The notes under the pieces: model-generated | What the model was told of the DNA's origin: nothing | Database searches by the model: none | The model's input: only the letters and a program-made list of their open reading frames with translations | Shown here: piece after piece, positions 51,732 to 64,000 of the stretch | Layout: every line of letters begins with the position of its first letter | Position numbering within the stretch: the stretch's first letter is position 1 | Translations under genes and position numbers: made by a program | Source of the DNA: Mobula hypostoma | Lineage: Eukaryota | Length of the DNA: 64,000 bases | Assembly (NCBI RefSeq): GCF_963921235.1 | Contig: NC_086097.1 | Coordinates: 103,852,001-103,916,000 of the forward strand | Reading direction: 5' to 3'

Positions 51732-53967
51732 CTAGAAACAACACATTATCACAAGAACATGTTGTGTATTTAATATCTCAGTATTTGAGTCATCTTGTAA
51801 ATATATTGTTCAATTTATCATTCTTGTTCGTTCGGGGTTATGTGAATTGCATAAGTCATCACACTACACGTGATACGTGTGTACCTCACTAAAGTAAACT
51901 TGAAGTTAGACCCACATTCCTGGACTCAGGTGTCTTTCTTGATGATGAGGTATTTTTAAACCAAACCTGATATGGCTATTGATCTATTGAAGTGCAGCAA
52001 GATGTGTGAACTAAAACAAATGCAGTAAGGAACATTTAGTAAAAACGCAGACTAGCACATACAAACTGTTGAGTATAAAACAAGGCAGTAAAGGGAGGAA
52101 TTCATGAGTTCATAAAGAATGAGTAATAAAAATCATTAAAAATGCAGAAATAACTGGCTTTGTTGGCAAAATTGATATGTTTGACTACATAAAAGATAAC
52201 TGAACTATGCATAATTCAACAATATTTTGAATCAAATGATATAGCTAATGAGAAGCAAATACCGATTTTGCTGAGTACTTTGGGTTTAAAGGCATTCAGT
52301 TTGCTTCAAAGTTTAACTGCTCTAACCAAACCAGCAGAAATGAGCTTTGTCAACATAATGAAGGAACATTTAGAACCAAAGCCAAGTTGCACTTTCGAAA
52401 AGAGCACGAATCTGCATGCTGTTGCTGAAAAAACTGATAATGATAACAGTGACACAAGACTGTGTAGCCTTAAGAATTAACATGTGAAAATTAACAATAG
52501 ACAAGCTTACACCAGAAGTGAACGGCAAATTAATTAAAATGGAATTAGACACTGGTTCAACTGTTTCAGTCATTCCACAAAATGCATTTGAGAGACGTTT
52601 CAAAGATACTAAACTAAAGCCTGCAAATAGAAACATAGGAAACTTGCGGCATAATACAGGCCCTTCGGCCCGCAAAGTTGTGCCGAACATGTCCCTACCT
52701 CAGGACATGTCCAACTAAGCACTTACAGTGGAGAAAGGATAACTCCTGTGGAACTGACATTTGTGACATTTGTCACAGTGAAAAACAACAACCAATGAGA
52801 CACATTGAGCTTGTACGTGGTAAAAACAGGAGGGCCAGCATTGTGGGAATGTGATTGGCTGAGACAACTACAACTTGATTGGAGATCCATCCACCATTTG
52901 CATGCCACATCCCCTGTAATGAAGTCATATGAAAGCAAACTAAGAAAGATACTGAATGATGGCACAGTTCAAGGGTAGAATTGGAAAACTCAGATATATC
53001 AAGGGTAAAATAGTGTTAAAGGTAAATGCTGCACTCAAGTTTTGCAAAGCCTGTCAGTTCCTTATAGAATCTGTGATAAAGTAGCCAGTGAGCTGGATCG
53101 CATGGAGGCTGAAGGAATTCTTTCCAAGGTTGAGTGGAGCCAATGAGCAACTCCAGTGGTCCCAGTAGCCAAAAAGAATGGGTCTGTCAGGATCTGTGGT
53201 GATTTTAAGGTCACTATCAACCCAGTACCAAAGGTAGATCAAAACCCTCTACCCAAGATGGAGGATATCTTTGCAAACCTTTCTGGAAAACACTTCAGCA
53301 AAGACAGAGGTGGAAGAAGAGTCCAAGGTGATGCTGGCGAGGTGGTAATGGGGGACAAGGAATTGGCAAACAAACTGAATAAGTATTTTGCATTAGTCTT
53401 CACTGTGGAAGTCACTAGCAGTATGGTGGAAGTTGCAATTGTCAGGGTGTGAAGTGTGTGAAGTTACCATTACTAGAGAGAAGGTTCTTGAGAAACTGTA
53501 AGGTCTGAAGGTAGATAAGACACCTGGACCAAATGGTGTACACCCCAGGGTTCTCAAAGAGTTGGCTGAAGAGACTGTGGAGAGATTCTTTCAAGAATCA
53601 TTGGATTCTGGAATGGTTCTGGAAGATTCAAGATCCTGACAGAGCCATCCTTCTTGGCTACTGGGGCCACAGGCATTGCCCATGAGCTCCACTCAACCTT
53701 GGAAAGAATTCCTTCGGCCTCCATGTGATCTAGCTCACTGGCTATTTTATCACGGATGGTACAGTATAAGAAACTGGACAGGCTCTGCAAAACTTGGGTG
53801 TGGCATTTACATTCCTCAAGGGAAAATCTTGCCTGACAAATCTGTAGGAATTCTTTGAAGAAATAACAAGCAGAATAGGCAAAGGAGAATCAGTGGATGT
53901 TGTGTACTTGGGTTTTCAGAAGACCTTTTGACAAGGTGCCATACATGAGGCTGCTAAACAAGCTATG

Positions 53968-55894
53968 TGTCACAACCATGGATTCGGCAGAGCAGTAGAT
54001 ACGGCAATTGCACTTGTGAATATGCATGTGTCAGCTAATTATTATTTCATTGTGATAGTACTTAACTCCATACTTGTCGCCGTAGTGTTGAGACTTGGAC
54101 ACAGCACAGCAACGCTTCACTGCCTGTTTGCATTCGGCCCTCCCTGAGAGATTGGACTGTCAAGTCAACTGACTCTGAAGACTGGCAGTAATCATTTAAT
54201 GCTTAGTTGCTCTTTTCAGCCACAGTGTAAGCTTTGTTTTTCCATCTGACAGCTTTAGTTAGTGGCCCCGTTTGGCTTAGTGTTTATTGTTTGCTTTCCC
54301 CTTTAACATGGTTCGCATTAAAGTCTGTGAACTATCGACCTGCTTCAGTGTATCTCACTCCGCACTTGGGCCATATCTGAACCGGGTAACAGCAAGTCTC
54401 GAACAACAAAGATAGACCCAGCAGAGAGAGAGCAGCTGACCTTGGCCGTGAGATTCATTGGTCAGGTAGGAGACAAGCTACAGGCAATGGAATCTGTTCT
54501 CAGTGAAGTTACGGAGGCAATGAGGCAGATAACCCCGTGCTGCCAAGCCCAGTCTCACTTGGAGGTCCCTAGCTGCAACTGTTCAACAGCTCACCGCAGA
54601 TAATCGGACTCAGGTGATTTTCGCACTCACGGCTGCCGTCCACGAACTTACTGTGAACAGCCAGCATCAGCTGACAGCCATTAACATTCTCGCCAACGCA
54701 ATTCTGCAGCCTCAAGCCGCCTCAGTCCCACTCCCAGCATCTCGCAGGTCCTCCTTTTCTGCTGCCTGACAATCTCTGCTACTAATGCTCCTGCGCCTGG
54801 ACCAGAGCTGATTCCCACATTCGGATCCCCACAGACACCCGCATCCGTACAAGAACCGACTATTCCACCACCAGACAGATATTCTGGTGATCCCGATGGC
54901 TGCAGGAATTTTATTACCCAATGCGAGGTGACTTTCCAAGCCCAGCCTGGTTGTTTTGGTGATGATGCGCGAAAACTGGCATACATGATCAATCTTCTTG
55001 ATGGACCTCCGCTCGGCCTGTTCAATGCTTTATGGGAGCAAAGACACCTCGCAGCCCAGTCGTTCCGACATTTCATGGCAGAGTTAAGAAGGGTTTTTGA
55101 TCTTTCAGTACGGGGTCAGGAGGCTGCCCACCGACTCTTGGATCTGCGTCAAGGCAGAGGAACGGTGAGAGCCTATGCAGTTAAATTCAGTACCCTTGCA
55201 GTAGGAACAGGTCGGAATGGGAGATCGCTCATCACCGCCTTCCAGCATGGACTGAACGCAGGGGTTCGGCATGAGATCGCTGTCCAGGATGAGCAGGATA
55301 GTCTGGATGACCTGATTAATCTGGCTATTCGAGTTGACAATCGGGTGACTGAGTGGCGCAGGGAAAGAATGTTTCAAACTTCCTAATCACCTGATCACCG
55401 TCTTTCCTCGCCCTCTCCCCCTCCCTCACCACCCAGTACCCAGCTCACGGAAGAGCTTATGCAAGTGGGGTGCATGCACCTGTCTCAGGAGGAATGAGAG
55501 CGGCGCTGGAGAACAGGTTCCTGCCTCGATTTTGGTGATCCAGGACACTTCCGTGCGGCATGTTCCAAGCATGCAGTAAAAGAGAATACCCGTCAGCAGG
55601 GAGGGGGAAAACAAAGCCTACACTGCAGCTGAAAAGAACAACTAAACGAACCAAACAATTAAACGAATATCGCCAGTCTTCAGAGACAGTTGACTCAACA
55701 GTCCAATTTTTTAGCCAAGGTCGAATGCAAACGGGCAGCAAAGCGTTGCTGTTCTCTGTCCAAGTCTCGACAAGCATTATGTTGACAAGTATGGAGTTAA
55801 ATACTATCACAATGAAATAATAATTAGCTGACACATGCATATTCACAAGCGCAGTCGCCATATCTACTATGCTGTCGAATCCGTGGTTGTGATA
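53968..55894 (+). mobile_element. Gag-only Gypsy (Sushi/PEG10-like gag) derivative with an inverted partial LTR as its right end
   Basis: LTR TGTCAC..GTAACA (53968-54391); gag PPPDRYSGDPDGCRNFITQC..LAYMINLL..LRQG..Y..F; inverted LTR copy ~55600-55894; TSD CTATG. Confidence 0.88.
54846..55386 (+). pseudogene. Retrotransposon gag capsid region (open segment; N-terminus and zinc knuckle disrupted)
   Basis: Retrotrans_gag/DUF4939-like motifs; degenerate CCHC (CLDFGDPGHFRAAC) at ~55521-55563 lies after a stop. Confidence 0.8.
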
Positions 55895-56624
55895 CTATGA
55901 GCCCAATGTATTACAGGAAAGATTCTAGCACGGATGAAGCAGTGGCTGACTGGCAGGAGGCAAAGAGTGGGAATAAAGGGAGCTTTTTCCAGTCGGCTGC
56001 TGGTGACTAGTGGTGTTGCACAGGGGTCTATGTCAGGACTGATTCTTTTTATGTTATACGTCAATGATTTAGATAATGGAATTGATGGCTTTGTTGCAAA
56101 GTTTGCAGATGGTATAAAGAAAGGTGGAGGGGCAGGCAGTTTGTGAGGAAGTAGAGAGGCTATAGAAGGACTTGAACAGATTAGAAGAATGAGCAAAGAA
56201 ATGGCAGATGAAATATCGTGTTGGGAAGTGTCTGTTCATGCACTTTGGTGGAATAAATGAAAGGGTTGACTATTTTCTAAATGGAGAGAAAATACAAAAA
56301 AACTGAAGTGGAAAGGGACTTGGGAATCCTTGTGTACGATTCCCTAAAGATTAATTTGAAGGATGTGTCTGCGGGGAGGAAGGCAAATGCAATGTTAGTA
56401 TTCATTTCAAGAAGACTAGAATATAAAAGCAAGGATGTAATGTTAAGACTTTATAAAGCACTGGTGAGGCTTCACTTGGAATATTGTGAGCAGTTTTGGG
56501 CCCCTTATCATAGAAAGGATGAGCTGAAACTGGAGAGGGTGCAAAGGAGATTCATGAAAATGATTCCAGGATTGAATGGCTTGTCATATGAAGAGTGTTT
56601 GATGGCTCTGGCCCTGTATTATAT

Positions 56625-57935
56625 AAGAACATAAGAAATAGGAGCAGGAGTAGGCCATCAAGCCCGCCGAGTCTGCTCTGCTATTCAATAAGATCATGAC
56701 TGATCTGGCTATGGACTCATCTCCATCTACCTGCCTTTTCCCCATAACCTTTAATCTCACTACTATGCACAAATCTATCCAACCTTGTCTTAAATATACT
56801 TATTGAAGTTGCCTCCGCTGCTTCATTGGGCAGAGAATTCCACAGATTCACCACTTTCTGGGAAAAGCAGTTCCTCATCTCCACCCTAAATCTACTCCCC
56901 TGAATCTTGAGGCTATGTCCCCTAGTTCTAGAGTCACCTACCAATGGAAACAGCCTTCCTGCCTCTTTCTTATCTATCCATATAACCATATAACAATTAT
57001 AGCACGGAAACAGGCCATCTCGGCCCATCTAGTCCGTGCCGAACTCTTACTCTCACCTAGTCCCACTGACCTGCACTCGACCCATAACCCTCCATTCCTT
57101 TCCTGTCCATATAGCTATCCAATTTAACTTTAAATGACAACATCGAACCTGCCTCAACCACTTCTGCTGGAAACTCGTTCCACACAGCTACCACTCTCTG
57201 AGTAAAGAAGTTCCCCCTCATGTTACCCCTAAACTTTTGCCCTTTAACTCTCCCATTCTCAATGGAAAAAGCCTATCCACGTCAACTCTATCAATCCCCC
57301 TCATAATTTTAAATACCTCTATCAAGTCCCCCCTCAACCTTCTACGCTCCAAAGAATAAAGACCTAACTTGTTCAACTTTTCTCTGTAACTTAGGAGATG
57401 AAACCCAGGCAACATTTTAGGAAATCTCCTCTGTACTCTCTCAATTTTATTGACATCTTTCCTATACAGTAATTCGGTGACCAGAACTGTACACAATACT
57501 CCAAATGTGGCCTTACCAATGCCTTGTACAATTTCAACATTACATCCCAACTCCTATACTCAATGCTTTGATTAATAAAGGCCAGCATACCAAAAGCTTT
57601 CTTCACCACCCTATCCACATGAGATTCCACCTTCAGGGAACTATGCACCATTATTCCTAGATCCCTCTGTTCTACTGCATTCTTCAATGCCCTACCATTT
57701 ACCATGTATGTCCTATTTTGATTAGTCCTGTCAAAACGTAGCACCTCACATTTTTCAGCATTAAACTCCATTTGCTATCTTTCAGCTCACTCTTCTAACT
57801 GGCCTAAATCTCCCTGCAAGCTTTGAAAACCTACTTCATTATCCACAACGCCACCTATATAATCCCTTTCATAATTTTATGTTTCTATAAGATCTCCTCC
57901 CATTTTTCTATAGGATCTCCTCTCATTCTTCCATT
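56625..57935 (-). mobile_element. Two nested minus-strand CR1 3' fragments (inner one ~56978-57858)
   Basis: Tails (ATAAGAAC)n and ATATAACC; inner copy MEFNAEKCEV..RPHLEYCVQFWSP. Confidence 0.85.
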
Positions 57936-58416
57936 CACCAGAATCAGAAGAATGAGGGGTGACCTCAGTGAAACCTATCAAATGATGAAAAGCCTTGATA
58001 GAGGGGATGTGGAGAGGATGTCTCCTATGGTGGGAGAGTCTAAGACCAGAGGACACAGCCTCAGAATAGAAGGATGTCCTTTTACAACAGAGATGAGGAG
58101 GAATTTCTTTAGCCAGAGAGTGGTGAATCTGTGGATTTTTTTCCACAGGCAGCTTAGAGGCCAAGTCTTTATGTATATTTAAGGCAGAAGTTGATAGATT
58201 TTTGATTGGTCAGGGCATGATGAGTTATGGGGAGAAGGCAGGAGATTGGTGCTGAGAGGAAAATTGGATCAGCCATGATGAAATGGCCAAATGGACTAAT
58301 TCTGCTCCTACATCTCTTATGGTCTAACTTCTCCAAAACCTCACTGCAATATTAAAAAGATTAGAAGATTATGGGCTCAGAGCATGATGTGACAAGTGTG
58401 AATTCTTTAAACCAAG

Positions 58417-58955
58417 TGTAACCCTCAGGTTCGGTGGGCTGTGTTAGTCTAGGGAAAGACACTCTCCTGCTTGCCAAACTTGAGAAATCTCATTTGTGTG
58501 GATGCTGCATGATGTTTTCCCGTTACAAATCAGTACCACAAAATAACAAACAGTACACCATATGCAATTAAACCATTTAACTTTATAATTCTTATTTGAC
58601 TAGAGGGTTAGTAAAGTAAACAAAAAGAAAAGGGCCCATTTTAAGGTAATGTGCACGTTGGAGCTCATGACTTTCCCGTCCGTTTGCTCTCCATCGACTT
58701 CCCCCGGGCGTCTTCAGCTCCCGTCCCCATTCCATGTCCACTCAGTCCTGCAGTCTATGACCTCTCCATTCTGGCATCTTCTCTCTCCATCTTCCACCGA
58801 ACAAAAGCCCACGAATACCTTCTCTCAGACATGCAAGAAAGAAACAACACACCTCTCATTGGATAGCACACATTCCAAAGCCCTCGTTATCTCTAGTCGT
58901 AACCTGAACACTGCTGCTACAGAGAAACTATTACATTAGCTTACAGAGCATTAAA
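58417..58955. mobile_element. Solo-LTR-like insertion in the Gypsy RT
   Basis: Starts TGTAAC and ends with TTACA/TTAAA repeats; interrupts FFKPS|ITYCGH; flanked by CAAG/CGAG. Confidence 0.6.
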
Positions 58956-60082
58956 CGAGCATCACGTACTGTGGTCACACCATTGATACATAAATTTGCT
59001 GAGAAAATTCAAGCAGTAGTGGATGCCCCAAAGCCAAAGGAAGTGTCACAGTTGTGGTCCTCTTTTAGGATTTGTCAATTACTGTAACAGGTTCCTGCCA
59101 ACCTGGCTACTGTGCTCTGCCCCTTAAGCTCAATACAGCGGGAAGAAATAGTAAAGGACAAAGCAGTGTGAGATGGCTTTCAAAAAAATAAAGGACATGG
59201 TGATGTCATTTGACACATTATGATCCAAATCCTCTAGTGAAGCTTGCCTGTGATGTCTCACCTTATGGTATATGTCACATGTTATGAGTGATGGACATGA
59301 ACAACCTATAGCCTTTGCATCATAATCCCTTACGGCCACCCAGAAAAGTTAGTACAGATTGACAGAGAGGTCTTGAGTCTGGTTTGGAGTGTAAAGCACT
59401 TCAACCAGTACTTGTATGGAAGAGAGTTTACCCTCATCAACCACTGGTGTCCATTTTCCATCCACTAAAAGGACACAATTACAAGATCACATTCAAGAAG
59501 ACAACTAATCATGGAAATGCTGATGGATTGTCTCGATTACCCTTGGAAAAGGAAATACCAGAAAAATTTGCAAAAAAAGACCCTCCTCTTGACGTATTCT
59601 TCCTAACACAAATTAAAAGTCTCCCTATTATGACAGAGATGATCCAAAGGGAAAGCACAGAAAACCCACAGTGTCTCAGGTCTACATGGCCACCCAAAAT
59701 TCCTGGAATATGCAGCAGAAGCTCCAGTTACCCATTTTTACCAGCAGTGAGATGAATTTGCCCTTGACAGAGGTTGCCCTATTTGAGGATTGAGAGTTAT
59801 GAGTTCAAACTGAGAGCTGAAGTGTTGGAGGAGCTATATCCAGGCGTGGTAAAAATGAAGGTGTTGGCTCAAAGCTTTGTCTGGTGGCCTAGGATAGATC
59901 AGCAGATCGAGCAGCTTGTCATGCATTGTGCGGGATGCCAACATATCCAGAAGATGCCAAGAACAGCACCTCTCTTTCCCTGGGAATAGCCTGCATAGCC
60001 CTGCAGAGAACTCGTGGATTTTGCTGGACTGTTTGTGGGCATTCCTTGGTAGTAGTGGCTGCAGCGACAAAATGGACAGAAG

Positions 60083-61120
60083 TTGAGGGAGCAGAGTCCC
60101 CTGAATCTCCAGTAACAGCCGGAGTGTCCCAGGGGCCCGTGTTGGGACCCTTACTTTTTCTCATTTACATCAACGACTTGCCAAATATAGTCAAGTCCAA
60201 AGTCAGACTTTTTGCAGATGACTGCATAATCTACTGTGAGATAAAAAATGATCAAGATGCTCAGCTGCTGCAAAACGATATTGATTAATTACGTCAATGG
60301 GAGTCTCAATGGCAAATGTCCTTCAACCCATCTAAATGTTATGCTATGCATGTCAGTCACAAAGTTAAACCAATCAACACGACATACGACATGAATGGAC
60401 AGATTCTTAACACAGTCACCCACCACCCATATCTTGGTGTTGAAATTAGCAAGGATCTTAACTGGGCATGCCACATCAATCAGATTACAGCCAAAGCAAA
60501 TAAAATGCTGGGTATCCTGAGAAGAAACCTCCGCCCATGTAGTAAATCCGTCAAGGACATGGCATACAAGACACTCGTCCATCCAAGCTTGAGTATTGCT
60601 CGGCCATATGGGATCCCCATCAAGCTAACAATAAGAAGTCCATTGAAAAAATCCAACGCCGTGCTGCTCGCTTTGTGTTCAGCGATTACAGCAGGAAATC
60701 CAGTGTCACCAACATGCTCTCTAACCTTCAACGGGAACCACTTGAAAACCGATGTATTAAACTACGGTTAATTTTCATTTTCAAAGAAGTTCACAACAGC
60801 ACTCCATTAAACATCCAAATTCGTCAGAGAGTCAGTTCAACTTGACAGCAAACTGGACCTCACGTATTGGAAACGCCTTCATTCAATAAGATTTGCTACC
60901 AGTACTCCCTCTACCCAAGATCATCAAGAAAGTGGAATCTTCTGCCGCCAGACCTGCGCAGTGTTTCTGACATTAATATTTTTAAAGATTGACTCAATCA
61001 AATCGATTTAGGGGATCTAGTCAAAAAAGCTTACTTTACAATTGAACTCCCACGCCGTTCACACCGACTGCACGTTATAACAGCCGTCCGGCAGTGCTTG
61101 TGCAGTACCGAGCAGAAGAA
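60083..61120 (+). mobile_element. 5'-truncated CR1/L2-group LINE of a lineage distinct from the other CR1s, inserted in the Gypsy integrase
   Basis: GVSQGPVLGPLLFLIYINDLP..RLFADDCIIY, MSFNPSKC, PYLGVEIS, KANKMLGILRRNL; GCAGAAGAA end; CAGAAG at both junctions. Confidence 0.88.
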
Positions 61121-63309
61121 TTGTTCCCAACAGCCTCCACTCGCCTCACACACTGTTGATGTATTGAGAAGGCTTTTCACAAGGACTGGTGATCCAGAAC
61201 ACGTAGTCAGTGACAATGGATCAGTTTCAGTCATTGCTGAAAATGAATGGAATAAGACATATTACATCTGCACCGTACCAGCCAGCTACAAATGGTTTGT
61301 TTGTCCGGAGTCTAAATAACACACTGTGAGCAATGTCAGCAGAATTACCTGCTATGCTGTTCTGGGGTCGTTCCTTGCACTCACACTTGGATCTCCTCAA
61401 ACCCAGTATCAGAAGGAGTATGCAGGACAAACAGTAGAGACAAATTGAGGTCTCCTCAAACAAGGAGGTTCGATGTTTCCCTCCTGGACAAGCAGTCTTG
61501 GTGAGGGACTACAGAGGTGGTCACAAATGGGTACCCGGAAAGATTAAGGACAGAACTGGACCACTCTCCTATGCGGTGGAGATTGCCTCTGATACCATCA
61601 AAAGATGACACATCGATTAGTTGAGGACATCCCAATCAATTGTTAGAGAAGAAAGGTGTCCAGAGCTGTCAGAATCACTTTGTGCAGTCTCAGAGTCATC
61701 TTCTACAACCATCATGGAGGAAACCCCAGAATCTGAGATTGCTTCACAGCTACAAGCCTCACCTTCCAAGCAGAGTGATTGCCTGATCAGGAAAGGTGTC
61801 ATCCTACAAGAGTAAGAACTCCCCCACAGCGATCATATCTCTAGGCCTGAATGGGACAATTTAAAATTTACTATGCTGTGGATGTCCATATATAGCGTTA
61901 TATTGTACAGTACACTGTGTATATAGTTGAGATGCATTCTCCGTTGAGTTGGAGTTTATAGCTAAGCAGAGAGGAGTGTTGAGTATTTAATATTTCAGTA
62001 GTATTTGAGTAATATTGTAAATATAGTTTGAGCATTCTTTGTTTCAATAATTCATTATGGGTTAAATGCATAAAAACATGAACAGCATATGTCATCACAC
62101 TACCATGTGACATGTACGGGCCCTACTTAAAGTAAACTCGAAGTTAGACCTGCATTCCCGGACTCCTGTATATTCCTTTGGATTAGTCTACTGTGAAACT
62201 TAATAGAACACAGCCAAAGTTACAATCTAAATGTGTCCTCCAATCTACCCATAATTACTCTGTTTTGTCCTACATAGCTTGGGAACTTCTGAAAAACAAA
62301 GCAGTTTTCTTTCTGCCAATGAATAATGAAGGAATTGTGCTGAAACATGCAGTGGTCAGTTTCAGGCTAGTGCAGACAGCTCACTCTAGAGTTCTTTGTG
62401 TTTGTTTAATTGTGCCTTTAATTGGAAAGGCGTCAAATTTTCTGGGGTGGGAATGAAGACCCAGCAAGTCAGGCAGCATCTTTGGAAAGTTGGCAGTGGC
62501 TGGCCCACTCTGGGCTGAGATAAAGTTCCAATCCCACTCAGACATTGGCACAAGATGGGGGTTGCATTCTCTCTGCAGGACTGAAGGATTGCTGCACTGT
62601 ATTCTCTGAGATGTTACATAGGGATCTCAGAGGGATTGAGAAAGATAATAAATCAGCCATTATTGATTGGTGTAGCAGACTCACTGGGCCAAATGACCTA
62701 ATTCTGCTCTTATAATTTATGGTCATTGTCCTATGAGTCTTTCTGAGGCCTGTATAGATATCCTCCCAACATCTCTGCTAGTATGCTTCACCCAACCAAC
62801 ACCTCCAAATCTGCTGCCGATTGCACTGAAGACAATGGGAGCTTGTTGTGTGAGAATGAGTGAAATGGCAGGACCCCTACATAACTGCAGTGAATTTAGA
62901 TATTTGGGATGTCCTGAGATCCTCAAAGGATGAACTGCTTCATGGGGAACACTGTGTCCCAACATGGGGCAAAAATAATTTGTGTTCTTTACAAAGAGCT
63001 TTAAGCTTCTGTTAGTGAGGTATGAGGTATGTGCATTAGTAGGTATCTCTAAAAAAGGGGAGGTAGAAGATTATGATCAAGAACACTCACTGAGGCTCCC
63101 AGAAAGTGACAGACCCCTTCCTCCTTCCCAGCATTCAGTCCCACTGAGATATATCAACACATCATCTCTGACTTGTGGCCAAAGGTGAGTTTCGAACCCG
63201 GAAATGAAATCACAAAATGCTGCAAGTATTCTGACCCAATATGTTAACTTTGTTTCTCACTCTACTTCGTCATGGGTTAATGTTGATAGATGAAGTGTAA
63301 AGACCATAA

Positions 63310-63555
63310 GGTATGGGAGCAAGTAAGAGAAATGTGAGGGGGATGAGGGGGTAAGAGGGTGGAACGAGCAGTCAGCGCAAGTGGTGGATGTGGAGTTGAT
63401 TTCAACATTTAAGAGAAATTTGGATTGGTACACGGATGGGAGGGGTATGGAAAACTATGGTTCGGATGCAGGTTGATGGGGCTAGGCAGAATAATGGTTT
63501 GGCATGGACTAGATGGGCCAAAGGGCCTGTTTCTGTGCTGTACTGTTCTATGAGT
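63310..63555 (+). mobile_element. CR1 3' end
   Basis: TFKRNLD remnant plus GGGCCAAAGGGCCTGTTTCTGTGCTGTACTGTTCTATG tail. Confidence 0.8.
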
Positions 63556-63599
63556 CTGTTCATTTTCACAGATAAAACAGAATGAGGCATTTTATATTT

Positions 63600-64000
63600 A
63601 ATGAAACCCGCAACACGGAACTCCAAAAGTTGCACACAGAAGCACGCTAAAGAGTTTTACGTAATAACGTCATCATGTCGAACCAGTTTCTTAAAGTGAA
63701 CCTCCAACTCAGTGTCAGTGATTGTGCATAATGTACATTTCACCCAATTACGTCACCCTACACAGCACCCTCCCCCCCCCCAGTAATTCACTAGAACTGA
63801 CATTGTGAGCCTGCCTGGAGTTCAGATGAGCTACCCATGGGTCCTATGTTCCATGGGTGGAGGAACAGCAGGTACCTCTGGCTTGTCTGGAGGTGTGTCA
63901 CATGCACATGGGCAGGTTGTGATGTCAGGGGCATGGTCACGGAATTCTCCAAATCTTGGTGGGCTGGTTTAAGGCGATCTTCTGGAATACGTTCAGGTTT
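63600..64000 (-). mobile_element. 3' end of another Gypsy element (integrase tail, PPT, short LTR)
   Basis: Minus strand KPERIPEDRLKPAH, then a G-run PPT (~63767-63781), then TGTAGGGTGACG LTR start. Confidence 0.6.

Larger units (their letters stand above)
53330..58325 (+). mobile_element. CR1 inserted in the Gypsy RT, itself interrupted several times
   Basis: LNKYFALVFT, GKSCLTNL, QGSMSG..FAD, RLHLEYC, FFSQRVVNLW and TCTTATGG tail. Confidence 0.85.
51760..62205 (+). mobile_element. Gypsy LTR retrotransposon (decayed) with multiple nested insertions
   Basis: LTRs 51760-~51940 and 61977-62205; TSD GAACA (51755-51759, 62206-62210); PPT AAGCAGAGAGGAG (61964-61976). Protease MELDTGSTVSVI, RT PVAKKNGSVRICGDFK, RNase H HGNADGLSRLP, integrase FVWWPRID..C..C and VSDNG. 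Confidence 0.93.

Noticed and set aside
54846..55386. Domesticated gag gene (PEG10/RTL-like)
   Set aside because: Still flanked by LTR sequence and a TSD, start codon mutated, stops on both sides and zinc knuckle degenerate.
63091..63143. Possible penultimate exon of the upstream gene (AG..GTGAGT on the minus strand)
   Set aside because: Weak polypyrimidine tract and unrecognisable peptide; insufficient support.

Overview
Eukaryotic, repeat-dense genomic DNA. The mix of CR1, Penelope-like, Rex1/Babar, L1, Tc1, Tigger, hAT, Harbinger and Gypsy elements suggests a cartilaginous fish; that is an inference. The host gene is on the minus strand. Coding exon 1 (44472-44426, MANVKVAVRVRPLSKR) and exon 2 (4024-3955, ELAEGSSIIVKVDDKVASIRNVK) splice in frame to the N-terminus of the kinesin-3 STARD9/KIF16A, across a 40.4-kb intron 1. 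Its promoter is a small CpG island with GC boxes and three TGAnTGACA (PBX/PKNOX-type) sites. About 4 kb of sense-strand G-rich minisatellite follows the first splice donor. Upstream lie a CTCF-like site, a possible terminal exon plus 3'UTR of a second, unidentified minus-strand gene, and a 10.4-kb Gypsy element carrying several nested insertions. The most unusual items are: (1) a gag-only LTR-retrotransposon derivative bounded by INVERTED LTR copies with a clean 5-bp TSD; (2) minimal hammerhead-ribozyme motifs in Penelope-like termini; (3) a full-length CR1 whose 5' end is a near-perfect 64-bp hairpin followed by tandem promoter-like monomers; (4) a weakly decayed LINE whose RT looks invertebrate-like; (5) several local fold-back inverted duplications. 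Transposon boundaries without a TSD or TIR are approximate, and family assignments come from motif recognition, not database search.
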